The notes under the pieces: generated by a model | What the model was told of the DNA's origin: nothing | Databases searched by the model: none | Seen by the model: the letters and a program-made list of their open reading frames with translations, nothing else | Shown: positions 50,142 through 61,984 of the stretch, in pieces | Layout of the letters: each line of letters starts with the position of its first letter | How positions within the stretch are numbered: the first letter of the stretch is position 1 | Made by a program: the position numbers and the translations under genes | DNA from: Azolla caroliniana | Taxonomy: Eukaryota > Plantae > Polypodiophyta | Direction of reading: 5' to 3' | Assembly (NCBI GenBank): GCA_043228905.1 | Contig: JBHGNT010000011.1 | Span: 1,178,001-1,242,000, forward strand | Length of the DNA: 64,000 nucleotides

Positions 50142-52821
50142 TAATGGTCCACTGGTTCACAGGCGAGTCCGGCCCTCTGATCCCCGATCCGGCTCAAGGT
50201 TCCAGATGCTATCTGGACATCGATTCGGCTCTGGCTTATTCAGTTGATCCGGATTCGATTGAGCTTGTTTGCTCAACAATAGGCTTGTCTGGATCGACTG
50301 GATCGGCTAATCCAAATTGGATGGTGTCCAGAATGACTCGTTCATCCAGATCGGATCGTGTCTAAATCTGGCTTTCAGCCTCTAGTCGTACTTTGGCTCT
50401 CTGCTTGTGCTAGCTCTTGTGCTCCCCGTTGGATCTTTGATCGGTCTTTGGCTCCGATTGCCCCTTAATCGGCTCCTTGACACTTGGCTGCGTCTCCAAC
50501 CTTTCGGCTTTCTGGTTCCTTGGACTTTGATTTTTAGACTCGTCTGGCTAGGCCGATCTTCAACTTACCTACTGCATCTGGTCGTTCAGCTCTTTATTGC
50601 TTGGTCGCTTGTCCTAGTTCCATATGCTCTCTTAGTGCTTCGAAGCACTATTCTAGGAGTGGCTTAGTAGGCTGTTGGAGATATTCACCTTGATATTTAT
50701 CTTCCAGATTTCGAGCTTTTTCTCTATTACGAGCTCTCGGATGGGATGGTACCACACCTCAATATACTTTGTTTTTGCATTATAAACCAAATTCCAGATG
50801 AGGTGGATTGTGCTTTGTGAGTCGCAATACAGGGTCAACGTCGGATGGTCGATTCGACTCATTGCCAAAAAACTGGCTGATAGTCGGTGCAACCAGATAT
50901 CTTCTTTACCTGCCTCTTACACGGGTATGTACTCGGCCTTTGTTGATGAGAGAGATGTGCACTCTTGGAGCCTCGACCTCTAGGATATGGTGCCGTCGCC
51001 ATAGGTGAACATGTAGCTAGATGTGGATTTCCGATTATCTATATTGTCGGCATAGTCGGAATTCGTGTAGCCTTCGACTTCAGTCAAATGGGCTGATCCA
51101 AAAGTTAGTTGTACCCAAAAATGTTCTTCATAACCTCCCAATGCTTCTGTCTTGGGTTTGACATGTATCGGTTTACAACCCCTACGACATATGCAAGTTC
51201 GGGTCGGGTCGCCACCATTGCATACATGATACTTCCTACTGCTGATGCATAGGGCATCTTTCCATTGAGTTCTCTCTCCTCTTCCATCGATGGACAATCT
51301 TTGTCTGATAGTCTGAACGGCGTTGGAAGTGGAGTCGGTGCAGGTTTCAAGTTCTCTATGTTGAACCGTCTTAATACCTTCCAGATGTAGTTGGACTAGG
51401 AAGCCGGAGAGTCTTTGCTGTCCGATTTTGCTCTATCCATATGCCCAATATGTGTCAGGCTTGTCCAAGTTCCTTCATTGCAAATTTGTCATGAAGGCTC
51501 CACTTTAATTTTCCAATTTTGGCTCGATTGCTTCTGGCAATGAGCATGTCGTCAACATATAGGATTATAAAGACCCGAGATTGGAACATACATGGGCCGG
51601 AGTCCGACCGGCTATAACCAAGTTGTCGGATGTAGGTATAAGATTTTTGATACCACATTCGCGGTGCTTGCAGATGAGGTGACCTTACTCCCCCGTCGCC
51701 ATGAAGCCTAGTGGTTGAGACATGTAAATGTCTTCATTGAGATCTCTATGTAGCAAGTTTGTCTTAACATCGAGTTGTTCAAGCTCTAGGTCTTCTATCA
51801 CCATGACCCCGAGTAGGAGCCGAAGGGTAGACTACCAGCAAGAATATCTAGTCGACTCTGTGTTCTTGCTTGAACCCTTTGGCGACGAGTCAAGCTTTGT
51901 ACCTGGGTTATTATGAACTAGATACATACTTGTATTAGTAAACCCACTTATAGGGTAGCGGCTTCTGTATAGCTAGTAGTTCGACCAGCTCCCGTGTGTT
52001 ATTTTCCTTGATCGAGTCCATCTCAGATCGCATGTCTTGTAGCCATGTATCAGTGTCTGGTGTAGCTATAGCTTCCTCATAGGACCTTGGTTCACCTCCA
52101 TCCGTATAATTGACGTAGTTGAGGCCCGATTCATAAAATTCTATTAGCCTTCTAACTTGTCTGGATCTCCCCGGTGCTGACTTTATCGGTTTGGATTCTT
52201 CAAATGGCTTTAGTGTCCAATTGGCATTAGTTGAACCATCTTCAGGAGTGCATTGGATGCTTCACTCCGAAAATTGGAGTTCGTTGTTGTCAGATCATCC
52301 TCCCCTTCTTCGGGATTGGTGCCTTGGTCGGTTTGGCTCAGCCTTTCGGCATCTTAGCTGATTTGGGCGAGTTGGTTGATTCGACTCTGTCTTTTTTGAC
52401 TTTTCCCTTCGTAGATAGTTCCGCTCTTGTCAATCTTCTAGTCAATCCACATTTGGATTCGACTGGTGAACTTTTTCATGATTCAGATTCGGTAGGGGGG
52501 TACCTGGTTTGATCTGCTTCGACTATTTGTCGAGTGGCCGATTCAGCTTGGTCGATTTGCTCGTCTTCATCCGATTGATTGAGGTCGAATAAGACTCTTT
52601 TCTTGATCTTCTTTGACTGGGTCTTGTCCGATAGTATGGAGCCTTCATTGAAGATTACGTCGCTACTTCGAATTAGCTTCCGACTTTCCGGATCCCATAG
52701 CTGATAGACAAATTCCCCATCAGTTCCATAACCGAGAAATATGCACTTAAGTGTGTGGGGCACCAACTTAGTCCTCTTATCCCTAGGGATGAATGCGTAA
52801 GCTTCGCATCCGAATGTACAA

Positions 52822-53118
52822 GGGTGGAAGCATGCGAATGGAAACACTATTATAGCTATTTAGCTGGTAAATTGACCACAGCTAAATAGTTTTTTTTATA
52901 GCTAATTCTTAGTAGGAAGATCTTAAAGATACGTATCATTTATGATGGGGATGGAAATATTAGCATTTATGGTCCACCGTTTAGCTAGTCTTTATTTGAG
53001 ATGAAATTCTAATCATCCCTAAAATTGCCAAAATATACAAATTACATGTAGCTAATTAGATAGCTAATTAGCAATGTCAAGGACATAGCTAATTGTTCCC
53101 ATTCCCATGCTTTCACCC
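52822..53118. mobile_element. 297-bp MITE with 25-bp TIRs and a 4-bp TSD (Sola-like)
   Basis: GGGTGGAAGCATGCGAATGGAAACA ... TGTTCCCATTCCCATGCTTTCACCC with TSD ACAA. Removing it restores the copia reading WLCTFGCEAY. Confidence 0.8.
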
Positions 53119-53262
53119 ACAAAGCCAATTGTAGGTCGGCTATTTGCCAGACCATATTGCCTATGGCATTTCGAGCCAGATTGCTCTTGACAGTGAAAGA
53201 TTGATCAAATAAATGGTCGTTTACCACGCTTCGGCCTAGAATTCCAACTTCAATCCGGATTG

Positions 53263-53310
53263 TGTTTGGAATAGTACTAGAGACCGAGAGGATTAGTACT
53301 AGAGATAGAC

Positions 53311-53373
<63 letters not shown>

Positions 53374-53806
53374 TATTAGAATTAGTACGAGATATAGGGA
53401 TAAGGGAGAGAGAGAGAGAGAGAGAGAGTACTATCAGTACAAGATATAGGGATAAGGGAGAGAGATTATGGGAGAATCATGAGAGAGATAAAATGGAAGA
53501 GAGAAGTATGATAACAGAGAATATATTATATGGAAAGAATACAAGGATAACTAAGAGGCTTAATGGCTAGTGTTGAACCGAATTAGTTCTAAATAATGCC
53601 ATATGCCTCTATTTATAGTATGATCAGGAGTATTCTTGAAGCTTCTAGAATGTTCTAGAGTAATCTAGAATATACATAATTTTCTGTAATGAGAAAATAA
53701 ATAAAATAAATATCTTTTGTATTACAGTTTTTATGGTAGTGGTATAGCCTTGAATTGAGTAACATAAGGTCACGAGTTCAATTCTTTCTGGGGCCATATC
53801 ATGACA
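53263..53806 (-). mobile_element. Solo LTR (chromovirus-type) with (AG)n and a tRNA-like cassette
   Basis: TG...CA ends, TSD GATTG, TATA on the minus strand at ~53615. Removing it restores the copia reading MLQQSGL. Confidence 0.85.
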
Positions 53807-54683
53807 GATTGTTGGAGCATTGCCGTCACCCTCTGTCATCATCTCTTGGATCGTCCGGTTCATCTATTCCACCATGCCGTTTTGTGTGGGGGTATATGGA
53901 ACAATCTTTTGGTGCCAGATCCCTTTGTCGGATAGGTATTGTTTGAAGGCTTGAAAGGTGTATTCACCTCCATTGTAGGACCAGAGTGTCTTCACCCTAT
54001 GTTTGGATCGGTTCTCCACTTCGGCTAGACACCAAGAGAAGACCTTGAGCGCTTCATCTTTGGACTTGATCAAATAAGCCCACACTTTCCGTGTACAATC
54101 ATCTAAGAACATGATTAAGTACCATGAGCCTCCTAGTGACCGTTGGGGCATTGGTTCACATATATTGGTGTGGACCAACTCTAGGGGCTGTCGTACCATC
54201 TCATAATGGAGAGAGTGTGGAATTTGGGTCTGTTTCCCATAACGACAATGCTCGCAGAAGTCCGTCTTCATGTAGAGTTTCGGGATGTAGCGATTGCCAT
54301 CATCTGGTCTCGTTCGGCTTGGGCCATAAGTTTGGATCCTGTGATTCAACTACATTCACTATGCCCTCTAAACTAATCGCCGTTAGCAGGTACAAGTTAT
54401 CGTACTTGTATTCGCAGCCGATTTTCATGTTCCCTCGGTTGATCGTCCATTACAACTCACTGAGAGTCGTCATGTATCCATCTTCGCCTACCATGCTGAT
54501 GGAGACCAGCCTCCTTCTGAGCTCGGGTATGTGCCGAACTCAGTGTAGGATTATTGAATTGCTATTGGGCAATTGAATTGGAACTTCTCCATGCAATTAT
54601 GCACTCTTGCCCATTGCCTAGTCAGATTGTGTCACTGGATCTAGCCAAATAGTCAGAAAACCGTTCGATGCCAAGGGTCACGT

Positions 54684-55582
54684 TGTCGGGGGTAGTTGTG
54701 GTTCGTGTGGCAAAGTCCCAGGGACTAAGGTTAAGGGGAGTTGAAGGAACTTTTATAAGGCTTGCGCACAAATGTTAGGATGATTAAGGATAAGAAGAAT
54801 AAGAGTTTGAAGTAATGTGTGTGTGAGAGAGATGAGTATAGATAAAAGATAGAGACAATGTATGATTCAAGAAGCAAGATAGAGACAAAGTATGATTTAA
54901 GAAAAACAATATATGATATGAACATGATGTATATTACAAATACAAGATTTTACCAACTTTACAATGTTTGATAGCAAGATAAACCCTTTCTCTACTGACT
55001 CTTGATTCAAACCTTTGACTCCAACTTGGAAACACGAGCTTCTTCACCAACAAGCTAACTTATTTGTTTCTTTGATTATCTTATTTCTGTAACTTTCTCT
55101 TCCTTGCTTCCCTTCTTACTTCCCCCTCTTTATATATAGTTGTTCTCATGCAAATGATAATGTGTGGGTGCATAACATGCATGGCATGCATGTGATGCAT
55201 GCTCACCATTTGGCGCACATGCGTTACATGTGATGCATGATAGCCATCATGCTCATCTAAGCTCCCATGTATGAAAATATATATGGGATAACTATAATGA
55301 TGTACATAAAACTTTAAAATAAATAACCTAGCTTAGTGGTGTATGCTTTGTGCGTGGTATACAAGGTTGAGGGTTTAAGTCCCTCAATTTTACTTTACAA
55401 TATTTAGGTTTATTCTTCTATAGTGAAGCACATTCTTGAGAACATTTCTAAAAACAAATAGCCTAGCCTATTGTTATATACATTGTGCTTGGTTTATAAG
55501 GTTGTGGGTTCAAGTGTTTGAAATATTACTAAATACAATATTTAAGTTTATTTTTATATCGTGAAGCAAATCCTTCACGACA
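54684..55582 (-). mobile_element. Solo LTR (TGTCG family) with two tRNA-like cassettes
   Basis: TGTCG...CACGACA, 4-bp TSD ACGT. Removing it restores DSSATFHVT. Confidence 0.85.
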
Positions 55583-56282
55583 ACGTGAAATGTGGCGCTA
55601 GAGTCTAACAACCACGTTCATGCATCTTGCGCACTATATAGGAATTCCCAGGTTGACGAGTCTTCTAGGGAGAAGACTTCTCCCGACTAGGATTCGGCAA
55701 CATTGCCTTGGTTGCCAATCGGAGAACAATTCGAATAAGATTTTCCTTGTGTCCGATCAAATGGCCAACCTTTGTCTTTTTTCTTGATCGTCCAATAGTC
55801 GAAAATGTTGTGGCTAGCTTTCTGTAATGTGGGCAGAAGGCATTTGGCTAACTATTCCTCGACTTTGATCACTGCCGATCTTCCCTCTTCCTCGCCCGAT
55901 TGGTGCTTTAGCTGGTTCTCTCTATTGTCTTGGTCGAGTTGAAGGATTTTGTTGAGTTGTCAATGGTAAGACCCATTGATCATTGCTAGATGTCCTCAAT
56001 CAGGACTTGTTTGATTGATTTGTCCAAAGTGAGATTCCCAATTGTTGGTGAATATTGTGTAGAATAACTGCCAACTCGCAGACAAGCTCGAAAGGAGGGC
56101 AAGGACCTTAACTTCTTCTTCAAAGTTAATCCCTTGGGAGGAGAGTTCCAACAACACCCGATTAAAGGTTTTGATGTCAGAGGTCGCTGGATCCGTCTCT
56201 CGCATCTTCATATTTAACAAGAAGTGTTCCGTAGGGACATCTTGTGTTAGAGGAAAGTCCGGCCCAGGAGTAACACATATTT

Positions 56283-57900
56283 TGGCGACCACGATTAGTA
56301 CAACAAGCAGCGAACAACAAGGGGATGGATGACTAGGACAACAAATGACCTAGTTGCCGAATGAGCAAGAAGATTGTCTGAGAGACTGTGGAGGCGGGAG
56401 GCTTACTAGCAAGCGGCTGAGGAGATCCGATTGGATCAACCTTTTTCCAGTGTGATTCGGTGGGTCTTGGGGGAGTCGTTTTGGTTACAACACAATCCAT
56501 ACCTGGACGAAGAAAGCAGTTTGCGCAGTTTGCAGAACACGGAATCCATCCTGTAGACCCTGGCGACGGACGAGGGAGAGTTGGGAGCATTCTCGGCTAT
56601 CGAATCGGATTCGGATGGGGAGCACATTGTCCAGTCAAATTATCAAAGCAGTCACGACACCCCGGAAGGCCCGGACGACGAAGATTCGGAGAACATACTA
56701 ACACCAGAACCGGAAACAGCAAACCGACATCGTTGGTCAACGAAACAGGTTCGGATGAGCAAGTACCTACACCACCACACAACCAATTGGAGACTCAGGA
56801 GGAACGGACTCCGACATCACCACCTGAGTCATTAAAGAAACAGGAGGAGTGGGTACCGACACCACCGCCGACAAAACCGATAGACAATGACACCATGCTG
56901 TACCAGTACCCGAAATATCGGGATGACCCAGACGCAGAGGTCCACGTTTGCGTCTTTCTCCGAACATGGGAAGCGAACCATGTTTCACAACGGCTGACTG
57001 AAGAGGAGGCCAAACGCTTGAAGATAGCAGAATTCGGCATGACCTTAGAAGGACCAGCGACACGATGGCATAACAAGAACCTTCCCGGCAATATTGCCAC
57101 ATTTGAAGAATTAAAGAAAAAGTTTCTGTGTTTCTTCCACAAAGAGCTGGAACAAAGGGAAATCGTCGGTCAGTTCTATACGACACGGCAGGACCCAACA
57201 AAAACCGTGTTAGGAATCCGAATCCGGATGTGGAGTACCCGGCAACGGAAGACCCGGTGAGAACCGGATGTGGAGTACCCGACAACGGAAGACCCGGTGA
57301 GAACTGGATGTGGAGTACCCCGCAACGGAAGACCCGGTGAGAACCGGATGTGGAGTATCCGGCAAGGAAGACCCGGTGAGAACTGGATGTTGTAGGCCCG
57401 ATGAGAACCTCTCATCGGATGGAAGGGACATATATGTAAATATGTTCCAGAGACCCCACTGGGGGCTATATTTGTAAATAGCCCGAAAGTCATACTAGTA
57501 TAAATATGACCTAGGTCAAACTTAATAACTATGATAGAGTTATTGGTGTAACTTCTGTACTGTGTGTAAGAGAGAGAGAGAGAGCGATATACAGAGATTG
57601 TTGCCTCTGTTGTAACCGCCTGTTGGCGAAGCGAGGGAGCAAGAGGTCGTTGCCTCTGTGCCCCATTGTTGTAATCTTGATATAGTGATATTTTGGAGTC
57701 TATGGGCTACCGTGGTTTTTCCCATATTTGGGTTTTCCACGTTAACATCTTGTGCACTCTCTTCTTTACTGCTTAGTGTGTAGATACATCTCTCCACATC
57801 CCTGTTTTTTGTGATTGATCCGACGTCTCGGTTGTGGCCAAGAATAGTTGGAGACAAGTATCCTATCAAACCGTGCTGCAGTTCATCATCCGGTTCTAGA
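56283..57900 (+). mobile_element. Gypsy 5' remnant: PBS (tRNA-Arg-like) plus gag
   Basis: TGGCGACCAC at 56283; gag KIAEFGMTLEGPATRWH...FEELKKKFL...QFYTTRQ, continuing as VLQFIIRF after the solo LTR. Confidence 0.7.
57208..57868 (+). mobile_element. Copia solo LTR with a 40-bp tandem array (57221-57390)
   Basis: TGTTAGG...CCTATCA with TSD AACCG; homologous to LTR 59929-60375 (inverted). Confidence 0.88.
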
Positions 57901-58270
57901 TGTCACGGATCATAAGTTCAAGAGACAAGCAAGAAGATAACCAAATGGACAAGAAAGAAGATAGTATTAAAGGAAAGATTCCATAACTGGTGTTGTTCAC
58001 CTTGAATTCCTTCAAGGTGAACTCCTCTATTTATACTACATGGCATGCATAATTGTTGCACGCATGTGAATCTACAATAGAGCATGTAGGTATGCATGCA
58101 TGTGCCAAGTGTAAATACTACAAGGGAGCAACTATGCACATGATGCTAGCAAAATAATAAGGACCAATTACATACATAACTATGTACTAGATATCTTGGT
58201 TAACTCATAATACTAGATTATAACATGGTCGTATAAAGAGTTCGAATCTTGACACTAGACCTTGCACAGT
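57901..58270 (-). mobile_element. LTR related to chromovirus family B (partial)
   Basis: Shares cataactggtgttgttcaccttg and a TATA with the LTRs at 31195 and 42123; TGTCAC end; B-box GAGTTCGAATC at ~58238. Confidence 0.7.
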
Positions 58271-58300
58271 AAACTCACCAAAGCACCGCTGGAAGAAGAT

Positions 58301-60375
58301 ATCCTTCGTCTTCAATGGTGAGACCCACAACTTCCGGCTGTGGTCATCTATGAACGTCGTGAAGTACTGCGATCTAGCATGTGACTTCGTGTCTACTTGA
58401 CACACATCGGTATGCACCAACTCCAGTGGTGCATTCCGTCTCATTGGTGGTCTTGATCGGAAGGAGGTGCGGTTTTGCTTGCCGGCCAGGCAGTTGGTGC
58501 ACTTCTCAAGTTTCACGTCCTTCACCGGAATGAGGTTGTCTTCGGCAAGCCTCTTCATCCCGTTCTCACTCATGTGACACAGTCTTTTGTGCCACAACTC
58601 ACTGACAGTGTCGGATGCTACATTCACTTCTTCACGGCATATCCGAGAATTCATCAAGTACAGTGTGTTGACCTTCTGGGCTCGAGCCACTTTTAAGCTC
58701 CCTTTGCAGAACTTCATGACACCATTCCGGATGCTACCTCTGTAGCCTTCATCATCTAGCTGACCGACATATATTAGGTTTAGTTGAACCTCCGGAATGT
58801 GTCAGACATCTTTAAGCAGCAACTTGCATCCGGTTGATGTCGTCAACAACACATCTCCTAGGCTGATAATTCGGCATGTCCCTTCATTCCCCATCCAGAC
58901 ACAGTCGTGCTCACCGGTTGGGTAGGATGAGAAGCATTTCTGGTCCGGGGTAAGATGGAATGACGCTCCGGAATCGACAACCCACGTTGTCTCGTCGACG
59001 GCAAGGTTCAACTCACTCTCCTCGGTGATGAGCATTAGTTCTTCTTCACTTGCCGCGATCGTCGTCGTTGCCTTCCGGTTCAGGCCTGGCCGATCCGAAC
59101 CATTTAGGTCCGGTGACTTCTTCGAATCGGTATTGTTGGTTCCCTTGTCTTTCCGGAAATGCCAACAGTTCTTTTGGAAGTGCCACGGCTTGCCGCAATA
59201 GAAGCAAGTGGGCCTCCCCCTTGACTTTGACCGTGTCCCCGACTTTTCCCGGTTCTAGGGACTCCGATTCCTTTGTCTTCCGCGTTTCGATTCAGTAAGG
59301 AGGGTTTTGGTGTCGGAGATCACCTCTTTGTCTTTCCGACGCGGCTCCTAATCTAGCAAGCTCGACTTGACTCTTGCTAGGGATAGTTGTTTTCCTTCCG
59401 GCCTGGCGTTGCCCAACGTGACAACTAACGTCTCCTAGCTATCCGGGAGGGAACTGAGCAGGAGTAGAGCCAGTACCTCATCGGCGAGAGGTACTTCCAA
59501 CAAGGTTGCTTGGTGTATCAGACCATGGAAGGCATTCATGTGCTCTGCCATACTGGAGCCTTCTTGGTACCGGAGCCTCACTAGCTTCCGAAATACCGAA
59601 ACCCGATTAACGACATTCTTGTTTTGGAACATGATGCCGATCTTCACCCAGAGTTAATGGGCCTTGCTCTCTTCATTGAAGTTGTTCTACAGGCTCATGT
59701 CGATGAAGCACCAGATGTATGCCGTCGTCTTCATATGCATCACCTCCCACACCGTGGTGTCGATCTTATCCGGTCTCTTGTCCCCAAATTGAACCAGCAA
59801 CCAAAGATCTTTAACCACCAGCATGTCCCTTATCTTTGACTTCCACACTGAGTAGTTGGAGCCGGTGAGGTTGAACATGACACCGTAAGATTCTTCCATT
59901 TTCTGTGTTGTTCGCTCTGATACCTGTTTGTCGAGAAATGCACGGAATATCGCTCGGCCACAACCGAGTAGTAAATCACTTCTTTGAGAATCAAACACAG
60001 AAATGGGAAGTGGAGAGTACACAAGAAAATGACACAAGATGTTTACATGGAAAACCCTAATAGGGAAAAACCACGGGAGCCCACAAACTCCAAACTATCA
60101 CTATGAAGAGAAGGGGTACAATAAGAGACTCGGAGGCAATGACCTCGAGCTCTATTTCTTCGCACAGTGGCAGTTACAACAGAGTATCACTCTGTATCTC
60201 TCTCTCTCTCTGTACAACAGTTACAACAATATATGACAATAACACAATCGCATACAATCACACTAAAGTGATTGCCCTAAGTCATATTTATAGTTATATG
60301 AACTTAGGGCTATTTACAAATATAGCCTCAATGAGCTTATTCAAGACATATTTACAAATCTGTCTTCTCTTCTGG
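58301..60375 (-). mobile_element. Copia 5' half: LTR, iMet PBS, gag-PR-INT (decayed)
   Basis: LTR 59929-60375; PBS (A)GGTATCAGAGC; ATG at 59899 giving MEESYGVMFNLTGSNYSVWK; WVVDSGASFH, LWHKRLCH, VHTDVC. Confidence 0.88.
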
Positions 60376-61932
60376 TGTCGTGAAGATCCGTCACTACGCG
60401 CGGATCGCGAGGCGGAACCGTCGGGGTTTTGGACCGGAAGGATTCAAAGTCGATACAAGCTTTGGTGTAAGCTTTAGCGAGAAAGTACTTAAGATAGATT
60501 GGGAAAGAGAGAAGTTGAGATCACACGATTAAGAGAGATTGATTGAAGTTTTAACTTTAGATTTAAGAAACAAGTTACACGATCAATTTGATAACGAATT
60601 TCTTCCTCTTAATTTTCATAAAATAAACCGTGTTTTTTCTCCTCCCCCTTCCTTCTTTTATAGATGCTCTCATGCATATGATGCATGTGAGGGTACAAGA
60701 CATGCATAAATTCCATGTTTGCCATTTGGCGCTTATGTATTACATGTGGTGCATGATAACCATGTCACTCATTTTAGCTCTCATGTATGAGAATTTACAT
60801 GTAAAAGTACAATGATAGAAATATAATTTCAACTAAATAGCATGGCTTAATGGTAAGCCAATTGACTCCTAACTTGGAGGTGCAAGGTTTGAATCCTTAC
60901 TTGCCCTCCTTGTATATGTAAATATGTATATATATTTATATATTTATTTATCTAGTCGCCGGTCGCCGGTTCGCCGAATACCGTCGCCGGATGCCGTCGG
61001 TTACCGGTGCCGTCGTCGGATGTCGGTGTCTCACTGGCGCCGGATGCCGTCGGATCACCGTCTCCATCGCCGGTCCGGTTTTGGTTGGCCAAAAACCTTT
61101 ACGAGTAGCTAGCCCACCTCCACTCTTAGTTCAAGTTACCTTGAACTCTCTATGCTCCACACATAGACACAAAGATAATATCTTTTGCTCCACCTTATAT
61201 ATGATGAGAGCCGTATTTGTCGTGCCTATGTGGGATATCTCACAATTTTCTCTTTTCCTTTCACAAACTTTATACCCTCATATCTTAACATTTAGTTGTC
61301 CGTTTCTCGTGTAATAAAGTGCATTCGAAACCTCCATCATTTTGTACTTAGATATTAAATTTATTTAAAATGTTATCTTCATAATTATTGTACTATGTGA
61401 TTCATACTCGATTTCGTACGTTTTATGGGATTTTCACACTATTGCCGAAAATCTTCGAAGGAGATGAAGAGCTTCGAAGGAAAATTGGCGATAGACTCCT
61501 CCTCCCAAACGTCCTCATCAATGAGCCCCCCTCGACCTCCTTTTATAGGAAAAAAAAGAAGGGGGGGTCGCCAAATTTGTCTTCAATGAAAAAGGAATAA
61601 AATTCCTTAAATCACATTGCACTATAAGACTTGATTCAAACCGTGCACCTCTAGCTAGTAGTCAATGTGACTATACACTAGCCCACTAACTCTCTCTTAT
61701 ACAATATATAATTCTATCTCTATAAATTTATAGCCTGTCTCCCCTCTACCTTTTATCTCTCCTCTCTCTTACTTTTTGCACGAGCTTCTATACCTCCTTT
61801 TCACCCTTTCTTTTCCTTTTTATTTTGCATATGCACAATTAATTGCTTTTGTGTGCACACACATTGCACATGCACATTTTTGACCCCCCTTTCGTTGGTT
61901 TTTCCCACCCTGAAGCACGTCACATCACGACA
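60376..61932 (-). mobile_element. Long LTR-like unit (TGTCG family) with two convergent tRNA-like cassettes
   Basis: TGTCGTGA...TCACGACA ends; 60640-60790 is homologous to 55110-55275; no matching TSD. Confidence 0.55.
60838..60905 (+). other. tRNA-like cassette
   Basis: A-box TGGCTTAATGGTA, variable GAGGTG, T-arm AAGG-TTTGAAT-CCTT. Confidence 0.65.
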
Positions 61933-61984
61933 ACGTAGACTGGGTGCGTAAAATAGTACGCATAACGTGGTTGTATCGGTGCGT

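Larger units (their letters stand above)
49745..56230 (-). mobile_element. Old Ty1/copia element, heavily decayed, hosting three nested insertions
   Basis: 3' LTR 49745-50015 with PPT acgggggattt. KTKYIEVWYH, YASAVGSIMY, LYVDDMLI, FGCEAY..KCIFLGY, YTPTQNGMVE, DSSATFHVT, and a gag remnant at 55996-56230. Confidence 0.85.

Noticed and set aside
52845-52860. CACTA terminus
   Set aside because: The CACTA pentamer is internal to a MITE whose true ends (GGG...CCC, TSD ACAA) are at 52822 and 53118.
53262-53570. Arg/Glu-repeat protein ORF
   Set aside because: Translation of an (AG)n microsatellite in a solo LTR.
57221-57390. 40-bp repeats resembling a CRISPR array
   Set aside because: The units are head-to-tail with no unique spacers and lie inside a copia solo LTR in eukaryotic DNA.
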